From: Escherichia phage anhysbys
Sequence record: NC_052656.1
Reading direction: 5' to 3' (one strand)
DNA length: 64,000 nt
Positions 37,912 through 46,203 of this stretch are shown here, in pieces; the first letter of the stretch is position 1; every line of letters starts with the position of its first letter. Below the pieces are notes generated by a model. That model worked only from the letters and a program-made list of their open reading frames with translations, had not been told where the DNA came from and made no database searches. The position numbers and the translations under genes are program-made.

Positions 37912-38238
37912 TTAAGCGTTCAGTTCGTTGTTGAGTTCGTAAATCTCTTCTTGAAGAGCATCAATCTCTTCCTCCAAACGGGAGATCTCTTCTTTTAGAT
38001 ATACCATTTCTGATTCTTTCTCTTCTAATTCATTTTCAAATTTTACTTTATTCGCCTCATTTTCATAATGCAGTTCAGCGTAATCATCACGCATTTGTTC
38101 AATAAGATGAATCAGAGATAAGATATAGTTATCCCCAGTTTCATCTCGCCACTCTTCCCCGTGGCGCAAGATTGTGATTCGTCCCGTGTTTTCATCTAAA
38201 ATTGTCTCATATTTACGATCATCTGTATAAATCTGCAT
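37912..38238 (-). CDS. hypothetical coiled-coil protein
   Basis: 108 aa with heptad-like E/L-rich C-terminus. Confidence 0.45.
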   Translation of the reverse strand: MQIYTDDRKYETILDENTGRITILRHGEEWRDETGDNYILSLIHLIEQMRDDYAELHYENEANKVKFENELEEKESEMVYLKEEISRLEEEIDALQEEIYELNNELNA

Positions 38239-38247
38239 TATTACTCC

Positions 38248-38652
38248 TTATTGAAGTTTAAGTGAACCACGAAGACGTTTCTCTTGCTGATCACGAATAT
38301 ATTGTGGAACCTCGTGAATTGAATCATTACCGTGCCTATTTTCAACAACTAAAGAGATAACTTGATAACCAAACTCTTCAGCAAGAGTTAGATAAGGTTT
38401 AAGTTCTTTCTCTGTGGTTGAAGTGTTAGAAACAATAATCTTGTTAAGATTAGATGCCATAGCATCACGAACAATACTCTGACACCATGCGTGTGCTTTA
38501 CCTACATTTTCTGGCTTCCAATCGTAAACACCACTTTCTGTATAATGATATTGATCTGCCTCACAGATAGGCCAATAACCTTCAGAAATAATTTCTGCTA
38601 CCGTAGATTTACCAGCACCTGAAACGCCACGTAAAATGATAAGTTGTTTCAT
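38248..38652 (-). CDS. P-loop kinase (polynucleotide-kinase-like)
   Basis: Walker A ILRGVSGAGKST at N-terminus; adjacent to RNA ligase and phosphoesterase genes. Confidence 0.55.
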   Translation of the reverse strand: MKQLIILRGVSGAGKSTVAEIISEGYWPICEADQYHYTESGVYDWKPENVGKAHAWCQSIVRDAMASNLNKIIVSNTSTTEKELKPYLTLAEEFGYQVISLVVENRHGNDSIHEVPQYIRDQQEKRLRGSLKLQ

Positions 38653-39585
38653 TTATCCTCCAAAGAAGTTTTCGATTTTTTCACGTCGCTCTTGCTGATT
38701 TAAAGCAGCCCATTGAGTCTTCGTAAAATTATTTCGAATCCATTCTAACAAAGCGTAATATTCTTCGTCAACAATTTGTTTGGCATTTTTCGGATTATCC
38801 CAAATCAGATCCCACTTTTTATCTCCACCACGCATAAGAAACTTCTTAGTAAGATAGTGTGGTGATTTAATTTTTAAAAGTAAGTTGAACGGATAGTTTG
38901 TTTCACGAACTACAAACCCTTCGTGTTTACAATGTTTAGACATTTCAACAACATCTGAAAACTTAACCATTGGATGAACTTCAGGACGCTTAAATTTGGT
39001 GACAGAAGCAATTCCATCAAGAGCACCTTCAGGTAACATAAAACTTGTCCCATCAGGATTTTGAATTCTGGCACCAATTAAGTATGCACCTGGTTCTTCT
39101 TCGACAATATGTGGATCAGAAGGATCACAGATTTCAAACAGGAAAGTTGCTTTTGCACTCTCTGCCCATTTGATGAAATGTTCTATGTCATCGCACTCTG
39201 AAACAATATGATTCTTTGCAATACTTGCAAAATCTGATTCAAGGCTTCCTGTTGTCGATACAATAAGTTGACCTTTATATACACCTACAGAGGCCATAAA
39301 ACCATTTACTTTACGAACCACATCTACAAGTTCATCCGCTGGTAGATCTGTGCCATTCTCAAAACGATTAAAAATCTTAGTGAAAGGCCAAATAACAACA
39401 TTGTCATCAGCATCAACAACGATTCCGCGACATTCTAGAAGACGAGAATCAATGCTCCATAAATTATCCCAGAAAACTTTGTTCTTATACTTAAGAACAG
39501 ATAGACCAGAATACTCTCCTTCTTTATATGTTTTCTTATGAACTAAACCTTTTTCAACCAAATCGTCGCAATTAAATTTAGCCAC
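38653..39585 (-). CDS. RNA ligase (nucleotidyltransferase superfamily)
   Basis: RKVNGFMA (motif I KxNG), HEGFVVRE (motif IV), LLLKIK (motif V). Confidence 0.6.
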   Translation of the reverse strand: MAKFNCDDLVEKGLVHKKTYKEGEYSGLSVLKYKNKVFWDNLWSIDSRLLECRGIVVDADDNVVIWPFTKIFNRFENGTDLPADELVDVVRKVNGFMASVGVYKGQLIVSTTGSLESDFASIAKNHIVSECDDIEHFIKWAESAKATFLFEICDPSDPHIVEEEPGAYLIGARIQNPDGTSFMLPEGALDGIASVTKFKRPEVHPMVKFSDVVEMSKHCKHEGFVVRETNYPFNLLLKIKSPHYLTKKFLMRGGDKKWDLIWDNPKNAKQIVDEEYYALLEWIRNNFTKTQWAALNQQERREKIENFFGG

Positions 39586-39586
39586 A

Positions 39587-40138
39587 TTATTCTCCTTTGA
39601 TTATTTTGTGATGGTCTACAGTCACGATATCTCGTTTACTCATCATAGAAATTATCTCATCAAAATGCAAGATTTTTCCGTGTGCATCCCAACCCACATC
39701 TAACATTTTACCATAAGCTTCATCAGGGAAAGATCCGTGGGAATGCCCGTGTAGCATGATTGATCCACGACCTTGTTTATTCCAGGAGGCCATAGGGTAA
39801 TGGCTTAAGACGAAGAACAGCTTCTGATATTTCACTTCGTCATAATACACCACTTCTCCATACTCTGCAAGCACTTCTCGGTGTTTGCTGTAGTCATGGT
39901 TCCCAACACAGTAGGTGATATCTCCTTGGAGACGGGAAGCAATTTTACGGGTATCTTCTTCAGTTCCGAAACAGAAGTCGCCCAAATGCCACATCTTAAC
40001 ACCAGGAGTAGTAGCACATTTGTTCCATGCTTCGATCAAGGCTTCTGTCATGTGGTCCATATCTTCCCACGGACGATATTCAGGAGCAAACTCTCGAATG
40101 CGTTTATGCATAAAATGCAAATCGCTTGTAATAAACAT
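39587..40138 (-). CDS. calcineurin-like metallophosphoesterase
   Basis: SDLHF (DxH), HLGDF (GD), VGNHDY (GNHD) motifs. Confidence 0.7.
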   Translation of the reverse strand: MFITSDLHFMHKRIREFAPEYRPWEDMDHMTEALIEAWNKCATTPGVKMWHLGDFCFGTEEDTRKIASRLQGDITYCVGNHDYSKHREVLAEYGEVVYYDEVKYQKLFFVLSHYPMASWNKQGRGSIMLHGHSHGSFPDEAYGKMLDVGWDAHGKILHFDEIISMMSKRDIVTVDHHKIIKGE

Positions 40139-40494
40139 TAGTATAATCCCTCGCTAAATAATTCATGGTCGTGACCATTACGCTCATGGTCGATCTGGTC
40201 AGCATTTTCCGCGATGATGTAAGCATCCGCACGACTCCACCAATTGTAATACTGATCGATAAAGCCTTGATTATCTGGTGTGCACAAAGTTTTGTTGATT
40301 ACACCTGCTTCTTTCAACACGTTTAACTGTGCATATAGTACAGGATTTGCATGTCGAACACAAGGAATAATTAACTCTTCGCCATTATTCAAAATATACT
40401 TATTTGCAGCACAGACAATAACACGTTGCGCATAATGACCCTCACCCATCCAGGTAAGAGGTTGGTAACAAATGTTGTTTTCAATACCACTCAT
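40138..40494 (-). CDS. hypothetical protein
   Basis: 118-aa ORF. Confidence 0.45.
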   Translation of the reverse strand: MSGIENNICYQPLTWMGEGHYAQRVIVCAANKYILNNGEELIIPCVRHANPVLYAQLNVLKEAGVINKTLCTPDNQGFIDQYYNWWSRADAYIIAENADQIDHERNGHDHELFSEGLY

Positions 40495-40653
40495 TGTTTC
40501 CTAATCCTCCTCTCTTAAATTATCCTCGAAAAAACTAGTATCTGGAAGTAAAAGATCATTGCTTGTGTCGGGCCAATCCTCTTCTTCTCTGTAGATAAAG
40601 TAACCTTCGTCCTCTTCTTGTTCCGACCAAACCGAATGATGCATGTTCTCTCC

Positions 40654-41010
40654 TTAGTAGTGCACACGAATCATTTTAATACCATAACGCTGCATGGATT
40701 CTTTTGCAAGCATGAATTTATCCCCAGCGGCGGGATTAGAAGTATGCACGAAAATGGTAGGTGAACCAAAGCAAGGTTTACCAAACACCAGAAGTTCTTC
40801 CAGGTGCAGGAAAACATCATACCCATCTTGGTCTGACTCCATACCTAAATCGTTGTCAAAATGCCACTCGTCTACAAAACGATAACCCTTCTGCACCTCA
40901 TTCATGTAACGAGAGGCAAGAAGTTCCTGTGAGGTTTTAAACCAGATTGCATCTGGACAACCATAATCTTTTGGATCACGTAAATCATCAAGCCAAATAA
41001 TAGTACCCAT
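40654..41010 (-). CDS. hypothetical protein
   Basis: 118-aa ORF. Confidence 0.45.
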   Translation of the reverse strand: MGTIIWLDDLRDPKDYGCPDAIWFKTSQELLASRYMNEVQKGYRFVDEWHFDNDLGMESDQDGYDVFLHLEELLVFGKPCFGSPTIFVHTSNPAAGDKFMLAKESMQRYGIKMIRVHY

Positions 41011-41020
41011 ATAACCTCCT

Positions 41021-41491
41021 CTAAGCTGGCATGATTAAAAAAGAACTCTCCACTTCAAAATGCCAATCATCCACAAGCCCTGATTCCCAATCCTTCTCTT
41101 CATGGAAAGAGCAAATCCAACGGTACATACCTGGCGGTGTATTCTCAACATCTTCTGGCAACCCATAATCCAAAGCTGTCTTACCGTTCTCTGTAAAACC
41201 AGGATGGAGATTAGGAGCTTTCAGTACAGAAACCATACCTCCAACATCCACAGCTACGATCCACTCTGTCATGTATGGGCTGTCATATTGAGGCTCATCA
41301 GAACCTACCTCAACAGCCTCTGTGCGTAAGATGATAATAGCCTGCTCTGTGATTGGGGCTTTGACAATATACCCGTGATCCTCAAAAAGATCGATAACCT
41401 CGAACTCATCACCGTTTTCTACACCATAGCTCTTATTCAAAGAGATAAACTTCGGGTTATCATCGTAAGCTTTAGTTACTTTAATTTTCAT
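41021..41491 (-). CDS. hypothetical protein
   Basis: 156-aa ORF. Confidence 0.5.
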   Translation of the reverse strand: MKIKVTKAYDDNPKFISLNKSYGVENGDEFEVIDLFEDHGYIVKAPITEQAIIILRTEAVEVGSDEPQYDSPYMTEWIVAVDVGGMVSVLKAPNLHPGFTENGKTALDYGLPEDVENTPPGMYRWICSFHEEKDWESGLVDDWHFEVESSFLIMPA

Positions 41492-41712
41492 TTTTCCTCC
41501 TTCACTTTAACCTCAAATTCTACAGGCTTACCCTCAATGTAAAAACATTGATACTCTGCCTTATCATCCTCATCACGAGGCCAAGTTACCAAGGAGTTAT
41601 AGCAATCTTCTGGTGCTTTGAAGATGGTTTTAGTCTCCACAGTAACATTCCCATTAAGTGTTGCCAATACCACCCACCCAGCTATAGGGATCATAGTGCC
41701 TCCACTTTCCAC
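41488..41712 (-). CDS. hypothetical protein
   Basis: 74-aa ORF. Confidence 0.4.
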   Translation of the reverse strand: MESGGTMIPIAGWVVLATLNGNVTVETKTIFKAPEDCYNSLVTWPRDEDDKAEYQCFYIEGKPVEFEVKVKEEK

Positions 41713-41873
41713 GTTTTACCCTTATCAACCAAGGTCTTTGCTACAGCATACTCCTTCCCATTAACAAGGAAATAATAAACGATAAAAGATTTCCCGATTG
41801 TTACTGTCTTAGTAACCTCTACACGTTTAACACCTTGCATGTATTTTGCCTTACCGGAATAGAGTAAAATCAT
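41691..41873 (-). CDS. hypothetical protein
   Basis: 60-aa ORF. Confidence 0.3.
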   Translation of the reverse strand: MILLYSGKAKYMQGVKRVEVTKTVTIGKSFIVYYFLVNGKEYAVAKTLVDKGKTWKVEAL

Positions 41874-42151
41874 TTTGCATTCCTCTTGTTGTTGATAACA
41901 TCCATAGCAGTATATGGTTTATTAGTGCCATGATACTCCAGAATCATTGGAGAGCCTTCTTGCACTACTTCAAAGATACCATAAACAGAACTTTCAGCAA
42001 ATACCATTTGCTTCGTTCCTTCATCATTTACAACAAGAGAAAACTTCTTGCCTGTTCCGTTGAGGATCTCGTATTTCTTGCCAGCAGTGAATAATCCAGA
42101 GTACCACTCATTATCTGTTGCTTTTACACACTTCAGAAAAGTCTTGATCAT
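41870..42151 (-). CDS. hypothetical protein
   Basis: 93-aa ORF. Confidence 0.45.
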   Translation of the reverse strand: MIKTFLKCVKATDNEWYSGLFTAGKKYEILNGTGKKFSLVVNDEGTKQMVFAESSVYGIFEVVQEGSPMILEYHGTNKPYTAMDVINNKRNAK

Positions 42152-42501
42152 TTCTTTTTGCTCCTCTTTTTAGATTTCTCATACAAACCTAACACAGCCG
42201 CTTCTTTTGCACAAGTAGGAACTGAAGTCATTCCTCTTCTTTTTGCTTCTGGCAGTTGCAAAGTCCATATTCCCCACCAATAAATTTGGTCTGCCGTGAG
42301 TGGTTCAGCCATTGGATCTGCCTCCTGCTCCTCAAGACGTTGCAACGCTTCTTCAATCTTCTCGATTGGTGTGTCAAAGACGAATGCCTCCGTATCAAAT
42401 TTATCTTTCTTAGGAACTGATTTGGCTACTTTGAGAACCTCGTTTTTCGGTTTCTTAGTAACGTTCTTTGGCTTTGATAACTTCTTCGGTGTTTTCGCCA
42501 C
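42148..42501 (-). CDS. hypothetical basic protein
   Basis: 117 aa, Lys-rich at both termini. Confidence 0.45.
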   Translation of the reverse strand: MAKTPKKLSKPKNVTKKPKNEVLKVAKSVPKKDKFDTEAFVFDTPIEKIEEALQRLEEQEADPMAEPLTADQIYWWGIWTLQLPEAKRRGMTSVPTCAKEAAVLGLYEKSKKRSKKK

Positions 42502-42694
42502 TTACTACCTCCATACGATCTAAAAAGTCATTCACAAATCTCCAGTAACGTTGACCTGTTCTAAGATCTTCATAGATAACCACAGGATCAAACACTTTAG
42601 ATATTCCAGCAGGTTTTGGAAATTCCACTACCGTATATAAACCACCTTTTGCTACACAAGAATAGGTTACGCCTGTAATTGGATAGTTGCTCAT
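42455..42694 (-). CDS. hypothetical protein
   Basis: 79-aa ORF. Confidence 0.4.
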   Translation of the reverse strand: MSNYPITGVTYSCVAKGGLYTVVEFPKPAGISKVFDPVVIYEDLRTGQRYWRFVNDFLDRMEVVSGENTEEVIKAKERY

Positions 42695-42885
42695 TTCTTT
42701 ACGTACTCCATGATTGGGGTATGGTCGCCAGTAAGCGTAACACGGCTGTAGGACACATCTTGTGTCTTCAGTGTATCAATCCACTCTAAGAAGTGTTCTT
42801 TCGCTTCTGTGTAGTTCTGTGTGCCTTTAACAACGTGTATACCATCTAGAGTTACACGGAATACCATTTGAATAACGTCTTTCAT
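42691..42885 (-). CDS. hypothetical protein
   Basis: 64-aa ORF. Confidence 0.4.
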   Translation of the reverse strand: MKDVIQMVFRVTLDGIHVVKGTQNYTEAKEHFLEWIDTLKTQDVSYSRVTLTGDHTPIMEYVKK

Positions 42886-42981
42886 TTCTTACCTCCTTTG
42901 TTGTCAAAATAACTTACCAGAACATCGTGAACCACACACATGGCAAAAATCAGAACAATTGTTGTCAGGACTGGATTCTCA

Positions 42982-43305
42982 CTAATTAGTGCTATCATCT
43001 TTAACCACCTCCAATTGCCTTTCGAGTTTGACTTTGTTTGAGAACTGATAATGACACAACTTACATTGCATGTCAACAATCTGATCGTGATTTAACCCTA
43101 CAATTTTAACTTCCTTTGCACCATCCCATTCCAAATACTCAAAGCCATCCAAATGATTACTCTTGTCCAACAAGAATGCTATCTGCTGCCATTCAATCTG
43201 AATGTCATTTAAATGATATGCTGCACAGAAGATATCCTCGTAGTAAAAGACGATCATTGTCATTGCTTCGTCCAGCACAACTACCTCTTGTCTTGTAAAT
43301 CTCAT
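42982..43305 (-). CDS. hypothetical protein (first gene of the minus-strand block)
   Basis: 107-aa ORF with taggaggcta RBS. Confidence 0.45.
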   Translation of the reverse strand: MRFTRQEVVVLDEAMTMIVFYYEDIFCAAYHLNDIQIEWQQIAFLLDKSNHLDGFEYLEWDGAKEVKIVGLNHDQIVDMQCKLCHYQFSNKVKLERQLEVVKDDSTN

Positions 43306-43536
43306 TCTAGCCTCCTAAACGCGTCTCTGACGCACTTTTTATATATAAGATGATAAATCACCTTACCTAGTAAGTAAACTTGCTCTACGAGCCTCTTATG
43401 AAGCTTGTGTTATAGGCTATACTATTGCTACCTGTTTAAGCAAGGTTTTTGCGCACAGAAAATAATTTTTAATAAAACTCTTGACTTTTGTGTTCGAAGT
43501 ATGCTACCCTAGAAATCTATTAACGAGCGCAGCGAG

Positions 43537-43562
43537 TTAAGGTTTTAAGGTTTTAAGGTTGT
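43537..43562. repeat. tandem repeat, about 3 copies of AAGGTTTT
   Basis: ttaaggttttaaggttttaaggtt read directly. Confidence 0.8.
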
Positions 43563-43569
43563 TGATGTA

Positions 43570-43601
43570 GTACTCTGTACTCAAGTACTGTACTCCGTAC
43601 T
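43570..43601. repeat. cluster of five GTACT pentamers
   Basis: GTACT at 43570, 43577, 43585, 43590 and 43597. Confidence 0.7.
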
Positions 43602-43604
43602 AGA

Positions 43605-43618
43605 TTAATAATTATTAA
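43605..43618. repeat. perfect 14-bp palindrome TTAATAATTATTAA
   Basis: Read directly; sits in an AT-only tract. Confidence 0.7.
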
Positions 43619-43735
43619 ATATTAATAATAAATAATTATTAGATCTAACAAACAGGTATAGTGTATCAGAACTGGTACGTACAGATCAACTTCTATCAAT
43701 TAAAAATAAAATAATAAATTATTATAAATAATACT

Positions 43736-43749
43736 TGATCTATAGATCA
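43736..43749. repeat. perfect 14-bp palindrome TGATCTATAGATCA
   Basis: Read directly, about 45 bp upstream of the first plus-strand late-block ORF. Confidence 0.7.
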
Positions 43750-43795
43750 GTATGAAGTACAGTACGGAACATCTTAACAAGAATGGAGGTGTGCA

Positions 43796-43981
43796 ATGAT
43801 TAGTGAGAATCCGTGCAAATGGCATCATGTGCCTATTAAAGATTGTATGTCTTGTAATCCACGTTCTATTTATAACATTGCATCTTATGATGACGACAAT
43901 GTGTTAGACGATGATGAAGGCTGGGAGGATTTAGATTGGACTGGTTATGAAACCAAAAAGGATAAAATTATTCCTAGTTGA
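43796..43981 (+). CDS. hypothetical Cys-rich small protein
   Basis: 61-aa ORF with ggagg RBS. Confidence 0.45.
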   Translation: MISENPCKWHHVPIKDCMSCNPRSIYNIASYDDDNVLDDDEGWEDLDWTGYETKKDKIIPS

Positions 43982-44018
43982 CTTAAGATATCCTTCGTGC
44001 TAAACTAGAAGTGAGGAG

Positions 44019-44270
44019 ATGCCGATCACTCCCCATTTGGGGTTCGAAGGATATATGCAAAATAGCTTTTATTTTAGGTGCCGTGCTTGTAATAGGCATT
44101 TGACAAACCACTCCAGACGTGATAAAAATGGAGTCATCAAGGAATCAGACCTCTGTTCTATTTGCACAGGTTTGGCTTTTGATGATAGTCCCGAAAGGGT
44201 TTATCAGCATCAATGTATAACAGACGTTCTCGTGTCAAACTTGGTAGAGGACGAACAACTAACAGATTAG
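44019..44270 (+). CDS. hypothetical Cys-rich protein
   Basis: 83 aa; CRACNRH ... CSICTG. Confidence 0.45.
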   Translation: MPITPHLGFEGYMQNSFYFRCRACNRHLTNHSRRDKNGVIKESDLCSICTGLAFDDSPERVYQHQCITDVLVSNLVEDEQLTD

Positions 44271-44278
44271 GAGGAACA

Positions 44279-44527
44279 ATGTCTCTATTAGAAAAACACG
44301 TGTTTGAAGATGGTAACGGCAACGCAGTTTTTCTTTTCCATCCAGAAAAATACACATCTGAAAACAATGGTACAACTTCTATTGTAATCACTAAAGATGT
44401 TAAAGTTATTGATTTCTTGGCTCTGATGCGAGAGATGGATCTTGAAATTAATACTTTTAACGCAGAAGCTTTGGTTGTTGCTCTTCTGGAAAAGAAAGAT
44501 AGTGAAGAAGTAGCAGAATATGCTTAA
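44279..44527 (+). CDS. hypothetical protein
   Basis: Start moved to ATG 44279 after aggagg. Confidence 0.45.
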   Translation: MSLLEKHVFEDGNGNAVFLFHPEKYTSENNGTTSIVITKDVKVIDFLALMREMDLEINTFNAEALVVALLEKKDSEEVAEYA

Positions 44528-44534
44528 ATAACTA

Positions 44535-44564
44535 TTGACAAACGTATCCTTCATATGTTAGGAT
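44535..44564 (+). promoter_or_regulatory. sigma70-like promoter (CTATTGACAA family)
   Basis: TTGACA at 44535-44540, about 18-nt spacer, TAGGAT. Confidence 0.4.
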
Positions 44565-44773
44565 ACGTTCATCAAGTGTGGTAACAGGGTCGTTGACTTT
44601 TGTTAAGAGGGGCTTGCACTGCGGTAGTGTTAGAGACTACTTCTTCAGAGGTTAGCTACCAAAGAGGAAAAGGAATAGTCTCGGCTCAAGAACTTTTACG
44701 CTGAAAGTTGGGCTTGGTCTTAGAGAATGTAGCGGTTCTCTACAATCGTCAGCGTCTCTGTTACCACATTTAT

Positions 44774-44848
44774 GGCCCTGTAGCTCAATGGGAGAGCTGT
44801 CGGCTCATAACCGATAGGTAGCTGGATCGAAACCAGCCAGGGCCACCA
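44774..44848 (+). tRNA. tRNA-Met (anticodon CAT)
   Basis: Manual cloverleaf: acceptor GGCCCTG/CAGGGCC, loop CTCATAA, T-arm GCTGG-ATCGAAA-CCAGC, encoded CCA. Confidence 0.8.
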
Positions 44849-44850
44849 AC

Positions 44851-44925
44851 GTCTTTATGGTGTAATGGATAGCACAGGAGTCTTCTAAACTCTTAGTCAA
44901 GGTTCGATTCCTTGTAAAGACACCA
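44851..44925 (+). tRNA. tRNA-Arg (anticodon TCT)
   Basis: Acceptor GTCTTTA/TAAAGAC, loop CTTCTAA, T-loop TTCGATT, encoded CCA. Confidence 0.8.
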
Positions 44926-45120
44926 GAACATTTTAACATGAATTAGCTCAAGTGATTTGAACCCACTACTGATCATGGTGGCAGAGAATGAGGCAAGTAT
45001 GTCAGACATTATAAACAAAGGCCACGGTTATATTAGAAGACATAAATGCTCGAAGAGCACCGTTCGTTGAGAACGGGGGTTGGTGGAGTCACCATTCATG
45101 GTAAAATGTTTTAAAAACTA

Positions 45121-45150
45121 TTGACAACTAACATTATTTTATGTTAGATT
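45121..45150 (+). promoter_or_regulatory. sigma70-like promoter (CTATTGACAA family)
   Basis: TTGACA at 45121-45126, 18-nt spacer, TAGATT. Confidence 0.4.
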
Positions 45151-45158
45151 ATAAGTAT

Positions 45159-45249
45159 GGAAGGGCAAATCGACGTGGCGACGAAAACGGTCTTGAAAAC
45201 CGCCGAGCTTGAAAGAGCCTTGGGAGTTCGACTCTCCCTCCTTCCGCCA
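45159..45249 (+). tRNA. tRNA-Ser (anticodon TGA), class II
   Basis: Acceptor GGAAGGG/TCCTTCC, loop CTTGAAA, long variable arm, T-arm GGGAG-TTCGACT-CTCCC, encoded CCA. Confidence 0.75.
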
Positions 45250-45254
45250 GATTA

Positions 45255-45340
45255 GGTAGATTGGTGAAATGGTAGCCACAACAGTTTGCTAAACTGTAGT
45301 CGGAAACGGCGTGTAGGTTCGAGTCCTACATCTACCGCCA
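45255..45340 (+). tRNA. tRNA-Ser (anticodon GCT), class II
   Basis: Acceptor GGTAGAT/ATCTACC, stem ACAGT/ACTGT with loop TTGCTAA, long variable arm, encoded CCA. Confidence 0.8.
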
Positions 45341-45470
45341 AGTTCTTTTTAATATAGCTTACTTTAATAGAGTAAACTTTCGGCAGATGGCCTCCACCAT
45401 CTTACCGATAACTCATAGTTAGTGGTGTGAACACTGGCTATTTTAAAAAGAATTTAAATATTAGTATTTA

Positions 45471-45558
45471 GGTGAGTTAATTCCGTAGGGGTAGCGGGGC
45501 AGACTGTAAATCTGTTATCATTGCGATTCGGGTGGTTCGACTCCATCACTCACCACCA
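45471..45558 (+). tRNA. tRNA-Tyr (anticodon GTA), class II
   Basis: Acceptor GGTGAGT/ACTCACC, loop CTGTAAA, long variable arm, T-arm GGTGG-TTCGACT-CCATC, encoded CCA. Confidence 0.75.
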
Positions 45559-45564
45559 AATTAA

Positions 45565-45650
45565 GATGAGTTGGCTGAATGGTTTAAGCGGCGGACTGTT
45601 AATCCGTGTTCGAAAGAACGATATAGGTTCAAATCCTATACTCATCGCCA
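45565..45650 (+). tRNA. class II tRNA with anticodon GTT (Asn-decoding by anticodon, isotype uncertain)
   Basis: Acceptor GATGAGT/ACTCATC, stem GCGGA/TCCGT with loop CTGTTAA, variable-arm hairpin GTTC-GAAA-GAAC, T-arm ATAGG-TTCAAAT-CCTAT, encoded CCA. Confidence 0.6.
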
Positions 45651-45657
45651 GAATTAT

Positions 45658-45734
45658 GGACTTGTAGAGTTAAGGTAAACCCCCAGTCGCCAAGAGGCTT
45701 CTGGAATTGCAGGTATCGAATCCTGCCGAGTCCC
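45658..45734 (+). tRNA. tRNA-like element with non-canonical anticodon arm (possible pseudo-tRNA)
   Basis: 7-bp acceptor GGACTTG/CGAGTCC and T-stem GCAGG/CCTGC with 8-nt loop TATCGAAT, but no standard 5-bp/7-nt anticodon stem-loop; no CCA. Confidence 0.3.
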
Positions 45735-45740
45735 AGCTTT

Positions 45741-45815
45741 GCTCCTATAGTATAATGGCTATTACAACGGTTTTGTAATCCGTGGATCTCTGTTCGATTC
45801 AGAGTGGGAGCACCA
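45741..45815 (+). tRNA. tRNA-Thr (anticodon TGT)
   Basis: Acceptor GCTCCTA/TGGGAGC, loop TTTGTAA, T-arm CTCTG-TTCGATT-CAGAG, encoded CCA. Confidence 0.75.
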
Positions 45816-46088
45816 ACACAACATTAAGGGCACTGTGATTGATCGTCGTATCCTGTGCACAAGGTCTGTTCGAAAGACAGTGTTCTTAGTATTGTGTTGA
45901 TCACACAAAGAGTCACCTGAAACTTGACCGGAGTAGGGTTGGATGGGGCAAAAGAAGAAGCGGCTCTCCCATCGACAGCAACGAAGAATAATATTTGACT
46001 TTGGTTTTGTATTATTTTAAGTTAGCTTACCGAACGTAGGGCTAGTCACCCAATGGGATACTCGTCACTGTCCCACTCAATAAAACTA

Positions 46089-46118
46089 TTGACAACCAAT
46101 AGTAAAATGTAGTATAGT
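46089..46118 (+). promoter_or_regulatory. sigma70-like promoter (CTATTGACAA family)
   Basis: TTGACA at 46089-46094, 18-nt spacer, TATAGT. Confidence 0.45.
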
Positions 46119-46129
46119 AAAGATGTAGG

Positions 46130-46203
46130 GCGTTCTTGGTGTAGCGGTAGCATTCCGTCCTTCCAAGTCGGCGGCACGAGTTCGATCCTCGTAGAACGCT
46201 CCA
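46130..46203 (+). tRNA. tRNA-Gly (anticodon TCC)
   Basis: Acceptor GCGTTCT/AGAACGC, loop CTTCCAA, T-arm ACGAG-TTCGATC-CTCGT, encoded CCA. Confidence 0.75.

Noticed and set aside
43537-43562. Possible CRISPR array from the AAGGTTTT tandem repeats
   Set aside because: Units are 8 bp with no spacers; this is a simple tandem repeat.
45565-45650. Ochre-suppressor tRNA (anticodon TTA) as an explanation for the start-less frame near 34 kb
   Set aside because: No register of the anticodon stem gives a TTA anticodon with a paired stem, and the upstream TAA-terminated ORF is in a different frame from the open frame, so read-through would not join them.
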